Assembly (NCBI GenBank): GCA_963666515.2
Contig: OY762897.2
Span: 2,976,001 to 3,040,000, forward strand
Reading direction: 5' to 3'
Origin: Candidatus Binatia bacterium
GTDB taxonomy: Bacteria; Desulfobacterota; Binatia; UBA9968; JAJDTQ01
Length of the DNA stretch: 64,000 nt
This document shows, piece after piece, positions 54,148 to 63,860 of this stretch (positions are counted from its first letter, which is position 1; each line of letters begins with the position of its first letter). A program made the position numbers and the translations under genes. Under the pieces are notes generated by a model. That model did no database searches, was not told the DNA's origin, and saw only the letters and a list, made by a program, of their open reading frames with translations.

Positions 54148-56355
54148 ATGCTTCCCATAGCTGCTTACGCCGACCGCTACTCGGTAGCCCCCGGAGAGAC
54201 CATCGCGTTCAAGGTGAGCTCGGCCGCATCCGAGGACTACGAGGCGCGCCTGGTACGCGTCATCAGCGGCGACCCCAACCCGGACGGGCCGGGCATCCGG
54301 GAGGAACCTGTGGACGCCGCCTTCGCCGGGCGTTACCCGTCGCGGGTGCAGCCGATCCACAGCGGCTCCTATGTCCGGGTTCCCGGCGCCGCGCCCCTGG
54401 ACCTCCTTCGGAGCTTCACGGTGACGGCCGTCATCTGGCCGGCCCTGCCGGTCCTCCCCCGCCGGCAGGCGCTCGCGTCACGGGTCGACGCCGCCACCGG
54501 CGCGGGCTTCACCCTCGATATCGACGAGGAGGGCTCGCTCGCCGCCACCCTGAGCGACGGCACAACGACGAACAGCGCAAGCGTCGGCAAGGAGCTGCGC
54601 GCCCGTGCCTGGTACCGGGTCTTCCTCAGCTACGACGCGGACAAGGGCGAACTGACGCTCGGCCAGCAGCCATTCGCGCCGACAATGATGATCGACGACT
54701 CGGGCGCCGTCACCACAGCCGCCGCGTTCACGGGAAGCTGCACGGGGAGCGGCGACCTCCTGTTCGCGGCGCGCGCGGGCTCGCCTCCTTGCGACCACTA
54801 CAACGGCAAGCTGGAAGCGCCGCGGGTGCTGGCCGCGGCGCTGGACCTGGACGCGGCGTTCCGGGCCGCGGGCGAGGCTCCCGGCTCCGGCGCGGCGGTG
54901 GTCGGAGCCTGGGACTTCTCCCGCGAGATGCCGTCGAAGCGCATCATCGACACCGGCCCCCACGCCATGCACGGCGAGACCGTCAACCTGCCGGCGCGGG
55001 CCATGAAAGGCTCAGGCTGGACGGGCGAGGAGATGTGCTGGCGCCACGCCCCGGAGCACTACGGCGCCATCTACTTCCACGACGACGACCTCTACGACTG
55101 CGGCTGGGAGACCGACTTCAGCTTCGAGGTGCCCGAGGACTTCAGGAGCGGCGTGTACGCGGTGCGCCTGCGCGCGGGCGAGGACGAGGACATGGCGCCG
55201 TTCTTCGTGCGCGCGGCCCCGGGGCGGGCCCAGTCGAGCGCCTGCGTGCTCATCCCCACCTTCACCTACATCGTCTATGCCAACTCCGTCCGCGACAGGG
55301 CCAACGACGCCTACCGCGAGCACGTGGCGCGCTGGGGGGCGCGCCCCTGGACGCCGGACGAGCATCCCGAGTACGGCATCTCCACCTACAACCACCATCC
55401 CGACGGGAGCGGGGTGAGCTATTCGTCGCGGCTCCGTCCCATCCTGAACCAGCGCTCCGGCTACTTGTCCTACGCGGACCCCAAGGCCGGTTCCGGCCTG
55501 CGCCATTTCCCCGCCGACACCCACCTGCTGGCGTGGCTGGAGGCGCTGGGCCACGACTTCGACGTCATCACCGACGAGGACCTCGACGCCGACGGCGTCG
55601 AAGCCATCGCGCCGTACAAGGTGGTGATGACGACCACGCACCCCGAGTACCACACCCCGCGCTCGCTCGACGCCCTCACCGGCTACACCGAGCAGGGCGG
55701 GCGCCTGATGTACCTGGGCGGCAACGGCTTCTACTGGCGCGTGGCGGTCAGTCCGGAGTTCCCCGGCGCGGTGGAGATCCGCCGGGGCGAGACCGGCATC
55801 CGCGCGTGGGCGGCGGAACCCGGTGAGTACTACAACGCCTTCGACGGCTGCTACGGCGGACTGTGGCGGAGCAGCGGCCGCGCCCCCCAGCGCCTGGCGG
55901 GAGTGGGGTTCATATCACAGGGCGACTTTCGCGGCGCCTGTTACCGGCGCCTGCCCGCTTCCCACGATTCCCGCGCCGCCTGGATCTTCGATGGCATCGA
56001 CGACGAGGTCCTCGGCGACTTCGGACTGAGCGGCGGGGGCGCGGCCGGCTTCGAGCTCGACCGGCTGGACACGAAACTGGGGTCGCCTTCCCACGCCCTC
56101 GTGCTCGCCCGCTCGGAGGAGCCGGACGACAGCTTCACGCTGGTCCCGGAGGAGATCGTGGCCCTTTACCGGAGACGTCCCCACCTCGTGCGGGAGCTCC
56201 TCCGTTCCGAGATCGTGTTTTTCGAGACCCCCAACGGCGGCGCCGTGTTCTCGGTGGGCTCGATCACCTTCTGCGGCAGCCTCCCGCACAACGACTTCGA
56301 CAACAACATCTCGCGCATGGTGGACAACGTGCTGCGCCGTTTCCGCACCGACTGA
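54148..56355 (+). CDS. N,N-dimethylformamidase large subunit family protein
   Basis: LamG-like N-terminus, TFTYIVYAN, HPEYH, YLGGNGFYW and VFSVGSI. Confidence 0.85.
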   Translation: MLPIAAYADRYSVAPGETIAFKVSSAASEDYEARLVRVISGDPNPDGPGIREEPVDAAFAGRYPSRVQPIHSGSYVRVPGAAPLDLLRSFTVTAVIWPALPVLPRRQALASRVDAATGAGFTLDIDEEGSLAATLSDGTTTNSASVGKELRARAWYRVFLSYDADKGELTLGQQPFAPTMMIDDSGAVTTAAAFTGSCTGSGDLLFAARAGSPPCDHYNGKLEAPRVLAAALDLDAAFRAAGEAPGSGAAVVGAWDFSREMPSKRIIDTGPHAMHGETVNLPARAMKGSGWTGEEMCWRHAPEHYGAIYFHDDDLYDCGWETDFSFEVPEDFRSGVYAVRLRAGEDEDMAPFFVRAAPGRAQSSACVLIPTFTYIVYANSVRDRANDAYREHVARWGARPWTPDEHPEYGISTYNHHPDGSGVSYSSRLRPILNQRSGYLSYADPKAGSGLRHFPADTHLLAWLEALGHDFDVITDEDLDADGVEAIAPYKVVMTTTHPEYHTPRSLDALTGYTEQGGRLMYLGGNGFYWRVAVSPEFPGAVEIRRGETGIRAWAAEPGEYYNAFDGCYGGLWRSSGRAPQRLAGVGFISQGDFRGACYRRLPASHDSRAAWIFDGIDDEVLGDFGLSGGGAAGFELDRLDTKLGSPSHALVLARSEEPDDSFTLVPEEIVALYRRRPHLVRELLRSEIVFFETPNGGAVFSVGSITFCGSLPHNDFDNNISRMVDNVLRRFRTD

Positions 56356-56503
56356 ACGACGGGTAGGTCGGCTCAAGGTCGCGAAGCAGATGGAACAGTA
56401 ACGACAACCGGACAACCACAGTTCCACGGTGAACCATCACCCTTGACGCCCCGCAGAAAAATTTGAGATGAGAAAACAGTCCCGGGACAAAGGAGGATCC
56501 GCC

Positions 56504-57322
56504 ATGGTCATACGGGAAGCCGGTGACGGCTCCACCTACGTGAGCACGCAGGAAGAGCACGCCGAGTTGTCGGCGCAGTTCGCGGCCCATTGGGGCAACG
56601 ACCGGTTCGCGCAGCTCCGGCCTTACGACACCATGGTCTTTGCCACCACGTACCACGACAGCGGCTACCGGGAGTGGGAAGGGTTGCCGCGCATGAACGT
56701 GGAGAAAGGCCGGCCCTACGGGCACCGCGAGCGAATCCCGGGGTTCGAGGACACCGAACTGGCAGCCTACCGGCGAAACGTGGACTGGGTTCGAGGGCAT
56801 GACCTCTACGCCGGGACGCTGGTCTCGATGCACCGCACCGGCTTGTGGCGCGGCCGCTACGACGTCCTCACCAGTCCCAGGCCGAGAATCCGGGACCTCA
56901 GCGGCGGGGTCAAGGCCGTGCTGACCGAACTCGAGGACCAGCAAAAAGAGGACAAGAGCGGGCTCGCCGCCGCAAACCCCGGCTTCGAAGAGGAGCTGTG
57001 GATCAACTACCGGATGCTTCAGCTCTTTGACCTGCTGTCGCTCTACTTCTGTTGCGACGGCTACGGCGACGACGGCTTCAAGGAGGAGTGTCTGGCGCCC
57101 ATCCCCGACGGCTACTCGCCCGACCGCGGCGTCGAGCTGCGCATTACGCCCAACTCCGACGGCTCCGTGAAGATGGCGCCCTACCCCTTCGACGTCGCGC
57201 CGCTCCGAGTCTCGGTGCGCACGCGGCGGATGGAACCCGGGGAGTATGCGTCGGAAGCGGACTGCCGCGAAGCCTACTACAAGACGCCGTCGACGCTGCT
57301 GAACTTCGATATCACGGACTGA
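56504..57322 (+). CDS. DUF3891-like protein (HD-like motifs)
   Basis: QEEHAELSAQFAAHWGN, YHDSGY, SMH, FDLLSLYFC and PYPF. Confidence 0.75.
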   Translation: MVIREAGDGSTYVSTQEEHAELSAQFAAHWGNDRFAQLRPYDTMVFATTYHDSGYREWEGLPRMNVEKGRPYGHRERIPGFEDTELAAYRRNVDWVRGHDLYAGTLVSMHRTGLWRGRYDVLTSPRPRIRDLSGGVKAVLTELEDQQKEDKSGLAAANPGFEEELWINYRMLQLFDLLSLYFCCDGYGDDGFKEECLAPIPDGYSPDRGVELRITPNSDGSVKMAPYPFDVAPLRVSVRTRRMEPGEYASEADCREAYYKTPSTLLNFDITD

Positions 57323-57343
57323 CAACGCCTGGGCTTACCGGGT

Positions 57344-59035
57344 TCACGCCTTCACCAGCCGCTCGGCCTTCACCGTCTCCTTCCGCCGGGGCTCCGGGAA
57401 CACGTCCGGGCTGCACAGCACGTCCACCAGCACCGGTTGGTTCCGGCCCACGCGCAGGGCCTCCGCGAAGGCGTCCTCCAACTCCGCCGGATCGGCGACC
57501 CGCAGGCCGGCGGCGCCGAAGAGCCGGGCGTACTCGTCGAAGGGCGGGTTGCCGATGGCGTCGCCGATGTAGCGCTCGTCGTAGTAGAACTTCTGGTAGG
57601 CGCGTTCTGAGCCGTAGTTGAAGTTGTTGAGGACGATGCAGGTGGTGGGGATGCCTTCGCGTACCGCGGTCTCCAGCTCGGCGCCGTTGTAGAGGAAGGA
57701 GCCGTCGCCGCTCAGGGTAACCACCGGACGCTCGGGCGCGGCGAGCTTGGCGCCGAGGCCCACGGGGTAGCCGACGCCGATGGCGGCGAGTCCCTGGGGC
57801 GCCAGCAGGCTCCGGGGACGCTCGAAGGTCTGGTACTCGTAGACGTAGCCGGGGCCGACGCCGGCGTCGATGGTAATGATGGCGTCCCTGGGCAGGACCT
57901 TGCGCAGGGCGGCGTGGGCGCGCCGGGGGTCGATGGGCCGGCCGTTGTAGCCGGCGGCCTTGTTCCGGTGCCGTTCCTGCGCGGACCGCACCTTGGCGGC
58001 CTTCTTCAGCCAGCTCGGTTGGCCGGTTCCTTTCCGTTTCACCGACCGCAGCAACACCTTGAGCGCGGCTCGCGCGTCCGCGTTGATGCCGACCTCCGCG
58101 GGATAGACGCGGCCGATGTTGTTCCGGTCCTGGGCGACGTGGATCAGTTTCGTCTTCGGAGCGAAGAAATCGGGACGCCAGAACGTGGTCGTGTGACCCA
58201 GGCTGGTGCCCACGGCCAGCACCAAGTCGGCTTCCTTGAAGAAGGCCTGGGCCTCGGGCAGCGCGCCCCTGCCGATGGTGCCGAGGTAGAGTGGGTATGA
58301 ATGAGGGGCCACGTCGTCCCGGCCGGTGGAAGACATGATGGGAGCATCGAGGCGCTTCGACAACGCGACGAGATCGCCGCCGGCCCCAGACCAGAGCACG
58401 CCGCCGCCGGCCACCAGCACCGGGCGGCGCGCCTTCTCCAGGAGACGGACGGCCGCCGCCACGGCCGCCGTGTCGGGGGCCGGCGCGGCCACCTCGCTCC
58501 GGATCAGCCGCGCCATGTCCGGCGCCTCCACGGTCTCGTTCAGCACGTCCCGCGGCAGGTCCAGGTGCACCGGCCCAGGGACGCCCGTCATCGTGCGCTG
58601 GTAGGCTTCCCAGGTCAGCGCCGCGGCCAGCTCGGGCTTGCGTACCTGCACCGACCACTTGACCACCGGCCGGAACATGGCCTGCTGGTCGATCTCCTGG
58701 CTCGAATCCCGGAACATGTCCTTCATCATCGGCGCGCCGGTGATGACCAGAACCGGGCTCTGGGCGTGGAAGGCATTGGCCACCCCGGTCAACAGGTTGG
58801 TGGCGCCGGGGCCGTTGGTGGCGATGCAGACGCCGGGCCTGCCGGCGATGCGGGCGAAGCCGTCGGCCATGAGCGCCGCGGCCTGTTCATGGCGGGTGGA
58901 GAGGAACCGGATGTCGTCCCGGCCGTACATGCCGTCGAGGATCTCCAGCATGCACGAGCCGACGACGCCGATTACCTTGCGGACGCCGAGTTGCGCCAGG
59001 ACTTCGGCCACGGCATGGCCCGCGGTCATTTGCAT
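57344..59035 (-). CDS. ThDP-binding enzyme, sulfoacetaldehyde acetyltransferase / acetolactate synthase-like
   Basis: RHEQAA, NGPGATN and SGDGSF...LNN. Confidence 0.85.
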   Translation of the reverse strand: MQMTAGHAVAEVLAQLGVRKVIGVVGSCMLEILDGMYGRDDIRFLSTRHEQAAALMADGFARIAGRPGVCIATNGPGATNLLTGVANAFHAQSPVLVITGAPMMKDMFRDSSQEIDQQAMFRPVVKWSVQVRKPELAAALTWEAYQRTMTGVPGPVHLDLPRDVLNETVEAPDMARLIRSEVAAPAPDTAAVAAAVRLLEKARRPVLVAGGGVLWSGAGGDLVALSKRLDAPIMSSTGRDDVAPHSYPLYLGTIGRGALPEAQAFFKEADLVLAVGTSLGHTTTFWRPDFFAPKTKLIHVAQDRNNIGRVYPAEVGINADARAALKVLLRSVKRKGTGQPSWLKKAAKVRSAQERHRNKAAGYNGRPIDPRRAHAALRKVLPRDAIITIDAGVGPGYVYEYQTFERPRSLLAPQGLAAIGVGYPVGLGAKLAAPERPVVTLSGDGSFLYNGAELETAVREGIPTTCIVLNNFNYGSERAYQKFYYDERYIGDAIGNPPFDEYARLFGAAGLRVADPAELEDAFAEALRVGRNQPVLVDVLCSPDVFPEPRRKETVKAERLVKA

Positions 59036-59246
59036 GGTGGTTTTCCTCCGGGCTGTATCGGGAGCGTGAAACGCTACGCACGTGCTGTGCGAACCGTAAA
59101 GGAGGCGGGCGGGCAACACAAGGGTTGGCGGTTCAAGGGCGAAACCGTCATGGCATCCGCCGGGAGCGTCTGGTAATATCCGGGGGCTGTCGCGCACCGG
59201 AAGCGATTCCGGTATCGCACGAGCCTCCCTGACGAGAGGAGCAGCC

Positions 59247-60254
59247 ATGGAGCCCAGCGGCATCATTTTCACGGAGCGCCGAGAGCAGCCCATCAAGCAG
59301 TGGCCGTTCCAGGACAAGAAGGTAGGCCAGACAAGAAAGGCCCAGCGTCACCCGCTGACGCGCCGGTACATGTTCATGCGGGAGGACCACGACCGCCGCA
59401 ACCTGCACGACGGCCCGGTGAACTCCGACCGCCTGGAGACCGAGGACTGGGCCGGGGTCACCCGCACCATGAAGAAGGCGGCGCTGGACATGGGCGCCGA
59501 CATCGTCGGCGTGGCGCCCATCGACGAGTTCGACTACGTGCGCGGCACCAAGCCGCCCGAAGGGCACAAGGTCGCCATCTCCTTCGCCATCCACATGAGC
59601 TTCGAGGAGATGAAGCGACTGGGCCCTCTCGCCCAGACCGAGGTGCACAAGGTCTACTACCTGCTGTCCGACGTCACCGTCCGCCTGGCGCAGTACATCC
59701 GCTCCTACGGCTATCACGCGGTGGGCTATCCCAACGAGGGCGACCTGCTCTTCATTCCGGTGGCCTGGAAGGCCGGACTCGGCGAGCTGGGACGTCACGG
59801 CTCCCTCATCACGAAGAAGTTCGGCCCCAGCGTGCGGCTGGGCGCGGTCACGACTGAAATGCCTCTGATCCCCGAGGCGCAACCTACCGATTTCGGCTTC
59901 GACGACTTCTGCCTGCGCTGCAACGCGTGCACGAACTTCTGCCCGGGCGAGTCGATCATCCCGAAGAAGCAGGAAATCTTCGGCACCGTGCGCTGGCACG
60001 TGGACACGCCCACCTGCCGTCCTTTCTTCGAGCAGTACGAGGGCTGCAAGGTCTGCCTCACGGTCTGTCCGATCAACGCCCAGACCCCGGTCGCGCCCAT
60101 GTACAAAGACCTCATGAAGGGACTCATGCGGCGCAAGATCCCCGTGCGGCAGCTCATCGACGAGTGGCGGGCGGAAGGCATCCAGGAGGCCGAGGAGTTC
60201 GGCGAAGGATGGGTCCCGGAATCCGAGGAGAACGGCTCCGGCGACGGGGAGTGA
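59247..60254 (+). CDS. Reductive dehalogenase/QueG-superfamily 2x[4Fe-4S] protein
   Basis: GADIVG, AGLGELGRHG, VRLGAVTT, FCLRCNACTNFCP and CKVCLTVCP. Confidence 0.8.
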   Translation: MEPSGIIFTERREQPIKQWPFQDKKVGQTRKAQRHPLTRRYMFMREDHDRRNLHDGPVNSDRLETEDWAGVTRTMKKAALDMGADIVGVAPIDEFDYVRGTKPPEGHKVAISFAIHMSFEEMKRLGPLAQTEVHKVYYLLSDVTVRLAQYIRSYGYHAVGYPNEGDLLFIPVAWKAGLGELGRHGSLITKKFGPSVRLGAVTTEMPLIPEAQPTDFGFDDFCLRCNACTNFCPGESIIPKKQEIFGTVRWHVDTPTCRPFFEQYEGCKVCLTVCPINAQTPVAPMYKDLMKGLMRRKIPVRQLIDEWRAEGIQEAEEFGEGWVPESEENGSGDGE

Positions 60255-60297
60255 ATCCGCCGCCTGGCCTTAAGACAGCGACATCGAGGAGAATCCC

Positions 60298-60618
60298 ATG
60301 TTCTTTGAATTGCGCCAGTACAAGACCAGGCCCGGCAAGCGCGACGCCTGGGTCAAGACCATGGAGGAGAAGATCATCCCGTTCCACGCCTCCAACGGCG
60401 TGGTGGTCTCCGGCAGCTTCACCGGCCGGGATGACGACGACACCTACATCTGGCTGCGCCGCTTCGACAGCCAGGAGCAGAAGGAAGCGTTCGCCAAGAC
60501 CATCGCGGAGAGCGACTACTGGAAGAGCGAGGTGGTCCCGGACATCCAGGAGATGCTGGACCGGGAAGCCATGGTGGTGACGGCGCTCGAAGCGACGGCG
60601 TTGTCGGTCATAAGCTGA
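60298..60618 (+). CDS. NIPSNAP family protein
   Basis: FELRQYKTRPGK and YIWLRRF. Confidence 0.82.
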   Translation: MFFELRQYKTRPGKRDAWVKTMEEKIIPFHASNGVVVSGSFTGRDDDDTYIWLRRFDSQEQKEAFAKTIAESDYWKSEVVPDIQEMLDREAMVVTALEATALSVIS

Positions 60619-60668
60619 GCAGTGGGTCCGCGAGTCCTGGCTCGTGGGAGCAAAGGGCTTCCATGCTG

Positions 60669-60758
60669 GAATTGGCCCGAATTGGCCCGAATTGGCCCGA
60701 ATTGGCCCGAATGAGCCGGAATTGGCCGGAATGAGCCGGAATTGGCCAGAACTGGGGC
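60669..60758. repeat. 10-bp tandem repeat, 9 units (GAATTGGCCS)
   Basis: Four exact GAATTGGCCC units, then GAATGAGCCG, GAATTGGCCG, GAATGAGCCG, GAATTGGCCA and GAACTGGGGC. Confidence 0.95.
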
Positions 60759-61051
60759 CCTATAGTCGCTTCCAGCGAGCACCTCCACCACGACCTGTTG
60801 TTGCTACAAATGGGAGATTTACAGTTGTCAGCAACAGCAACACAAAGGGGAAGGGAGAACAGACGTGGACGGAAACTAAAGAAATACAGCGCAATGCCGA
60901 TAGAAGATTATAGAAGGTGGCGTCCACACTATGGATCACCTTGGCCGGATTACATTAAACCCTGTGGCGAGTATTGACTTCCTGACCCGTAAAGATGACT
61001 ATAAGTAGCGTCCTGAGGTCCAGTTTCTCAAGTCATAGAGGCGAAACACAC

Positions 61052-62794
61052 ATGGAAGCCCTCCGCGAGACGCGCTTTACCAAACGCTATGGTACCGTCA
61101 CCAAAGAAAAGGCTGGTGGCGCAGTTTACACACCAAGAACGCTGGCCAACTTTGTTTCACAAAAAATCGCGGAAGCGGTGGAGAAACAGGCTACTGGACA
61201 TTTGCTTCGCATCCTCGACCCTGCGATTGGCCATGGAGAGCTTCTTGTCAGTCTTCTTGAGCGTCTTTCTGGACGGCAAAAGTCCAAGATCGAAGTCTAT
61301 GGCTTTGAGACCAACCCCGAAGCTCTCAATATTGCTAGGGAACGACTTGAGCAACAATTCCCCAGCGTCTCCGTTCATTTCGAGTCGGACAACTTTCTTG
61401 AATTTGTTCTCCAACACTTCGGACCTGGCGGTCATGGCAATCTTTTTCGCTCTACCACTCCCGAAACCTATGACTTCATCATTGCGAACCCCCCCTATGT
61501 TCGTACGCAGATCATGGGTGCGAAGCAGACGAAACTACTCTCAGAGAAGTTCGGCCTCTCAGGCCGTATCGACCTCTATTACGCTTTCGTTGTTGGCATC
61601 TCTCAAGTACTCAAGCCACAGGGCATCGCCGGAATCATCGTTTCCAACCGTTTCATGACGACCAAGTCCGGCGCGCCCATCCGGCAGGCTCTCCTTGATC
61701 GATTCAATATCTGGCATGCTTGGGACTTGGGCGATACCAAGCTGTTCGAGGCTGCCGTCCTACCTGCTGTCTTGGTCGTTCAGGGAAAAAACGGTCACAA
61801 GCTGGAAACCCCGGCGTTCACGTCCATCTACCAAACCAGGGAACCCGCAACCGTGTCCGCCACTGACCCGATAACCGCCCTCAACGAAGAAGGCGTCGTC
61901 AAGATTGACGACGGACGGCACTTCCACGTCCAGCACGGGAGACTAGACACGAACGGTAGGTCGGATGGTGTTTGGCGCATTGCCACCGAAGCCGGTGACA
62001 CTTGGCTGAAGACCGTAGAAGCGCATAGCTGGGGGACCTTCCGCGATATCGGAAAGATCCGCGTTGGCGTCAAAACCTGCGCAGACAAGATATTCATTCG
62101 TAGAGACTGGCAGGACATGGCCGAGACTGATCGGCCGGAGCTTATCAGACCGCTCACCACTCACCATGTGGCCCGACGATTCAAACCCCTGTCCTCGGAA
62201 CGGCCAAGTCACATTCTCTATCCACACGAGGTCGTAGGAGGCCGGCGCCGCGCTGTTGACCTAGCCCGCTACCCTCGCAGCCAAGCCTATCTCACGGCGC
62301 ATCGACCGGTTCTGGAACGTCGCAAGTACGTCATCGAGGCGGGCCGCCAGTGGTATGAAATTTGGGTCCCGCAAGACCCGAGGGCTTGGGATCAACCCAA
62401 GCTCGTGTTCCGCGATATTGTAGATGAGCCGACGTTCTGGATCGACCTGGATGGTTCCGTTGTGAACGGGGACTGCTATTGGCTTGTCGCCCATAACTCC
62501 GCCAATATAGACCTCCTTTGGCTCGCAGCCGCCACCGCTAACTCCACATTCATTGAGCGCTTTTATGATCTCCGCTTCCACAATAAGCTTTATGCAGGCC
62601 GTCGGCGGTTCATCACGCAGTACGTCGAGAACTTCCCCCTTCCCGATCCACACAGCTCCCTCAGCAAGTCCATCGTTTCCAAGGCGAAGCGGATACACAC
62701 GCTTACGCCTTCCCCACGTGCTGAGCTGCTTCAGCAAGAGCTGAACGCCATGGTCTGGGAAGCTTTTACCGGCTATAGCCTCCCGTCAAGCTAG
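61052..62794 (+). CDS. Type II m6A DNA methyltransferase (gamma class)
   Basis: GAVYTP, ILDPAIGHG, IIANPPY, DLYYAF and a C-terminal TaqI-like TRD. Confidence 0.92.
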   Translation: MEALRETRFTKRYGTVTKEKAGGAVYTPRTLANFVSQKIAEAVEKQATGHLLRILDPAIGHGELLVSLLERLSGRQKSKIEVYGFETNPEALNIARERLEQQFPSVSVHFESDNFLEFVLQHFGPGGHGNLFRSTTPETYDFIIANPPYVRTQIMGAKQTKLLSEKFGLSGRIDLYYAFVVGISQVLKPQGIAGIIVSNRFMTTKSGAPIRQALLDRFNIWHAWDLGDTKLFEAAVLPAVLVVQGKNGHKLETPAFTSIYQTREPATVSATDPITALNEEGVVKIDDGRHFHVQHGRLDTNGRSDGVWRIATEAGDTWLKTVEAHSWGTFRDIGKIRVGVKTCADKIFIRRDWQDMAETDRPELIRPLTTHHVARRFKPLSSERPSHILYPHEVVGGRRRAVDLARYPRSQAYLTAHRPVLERRKYVIEAGRQWYEIWVPQDPRAWDQPKLVFRDIVDEPTFWIDLDGSVVNGDCYWLVAHNSANIDLLWLAAATANSTFIERFYDLRFHNKLYAGRRRFITQYVENFPLPDPHSSLSKSIVSKAKRIHTLTPSPRAELLQQELNAMVWEAFTGYSLPSS

Positions 62795-62810
62795 AGGGTT
62801 CCTGCCGTCT

Positions 62811-63860
62811 TCAGTCGAAGAAGTCGCGGGGCAAGGGTATCTGAAGTTTCCTGTTCAGTACCTTGCCTTGAAATTGCGGGAACCGTGTAAAGAACCTCTC
62901 GCCGGTGGTGAGGAACAGATGCGTCAAAGTCACGCGCTTCCCGTCTGTCTCAGCGTAGAACAGTGCATAGCGGACATCGCAATGCCGTATTTGTCTGCCT
63001 TCGATCCTCGGGACGTCCAATGCTTCCTCACTATTCGGACGCACTAAGCCCAGATCAATAGTCGGCGACGTTTGCAGCTTCACTTCCAACAGTTGGTGCC
63101 GAACGTCTGGAAATTGGCCATCATCCCGGCAGTCCGTGTATCCCAAGTGTTGGCACACGAGCCTGTGCAACAACGCGCCTCGATTGCGTTCTTGGTCGTA
63201 CCCGATGTCTGCGAATGATTCGCCGACAAGAGGTTGAAGGCGATCGAAAATCTCCACGATCGACAGCAATTGTGCTGTCCGCGGAGCGTCCACCGGGCTC
63301 ACCCCGACCGCTAGGTCGGCAGCCGTCCCTACAGACGCACGGAGTGTCTCCGTGTCCTCATCAGTAACCAACTCGGCATTTGCTCCACCCGGAATCAGGC
63401 GGGCTTGATATTTCTGGGTCAGAGTACCTGTCGAGTCCAGCAACGCCAGTGTGTTGCCCGTGACCACCTTAATCTTGGTAATCACGTCTTCCCTCCCAAC
63501 CCGGATAATCGCGTAGCGCCGCGTCGGTTCTAGTTCTTCATTCCAGACCTGGAGGTTGTTCGACTTCTGCACAAAGGTGTCGAAGAATTGACCCGGAAAG
63601 CGCGGCTGCGTTCTCTTGAAGCTACGCGGCACCGGGTAGCCAAGCGACCGACAAACATGTTCCTTGACCACTTTCGAGCGGGTTCGTAGCGGAAGTCCGG
63701 CGAGTGAAACGCCGGACATGGCAGCGTTGAGTAGCTTCTCTAACTCCAGCGTCGGAATCCAAAGCTCCGGATCACCGATCTCGATACGGTCATAGATCGA
63801 CAATCCCTTCCGACGGATTGCCTCAACGTATCGCTCGGGGCCACTACCGTCAGCGGTCAT
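62811..63860 (-). CDS. Type II restriction endonuclease, PD-(D/E)xK
   Basis: FPDVRHQLLEVKLQ motif; convergent with the MTase and downstream of a controller gene. Confidence 0.75.
   Translation of the reverse strand: MTADGSGPERYVEAIRRKGLSIYDRIEIGDPELWIPTLELEKLLNAAMSGVSLAGLPLRTRSKVVKEHVCRSLGYPVPRSFKRTQPRFPGQFFDTFVQKSNNLQVWNEELEPTRRYAIIRVGREDVITKIKVVTGNTLALLDSTGTLTQKYQARLIPGGANAELVTDEDTETLRASVGTAADLAVGVSPVDAPRTAQLLSIVEIFDRLQPLVGESFADIGYDQERNRGALLHRLVCQHLGYTDCRDDGQFPDVRHQLLEVKLQTSPTIDLGLVRPNSEEALDVPRIEGRQIRHCDVRYALFYAETDGKRVTLTHLFLTTGERFFTRFPQFQGKVLNRKLQIPLPRDFFD

Noticed and set aside
59247-60254. Annotation as epoxyqueuosine reductase QueG because queF is in the window
   Set aside because: QueG signature motifs are absent and queF is over 20 kb away.
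60669-60758. Possible CRISPR array
   Set aside because: Units are contiguous 10-mers with no spacers, and there are no cas genes.
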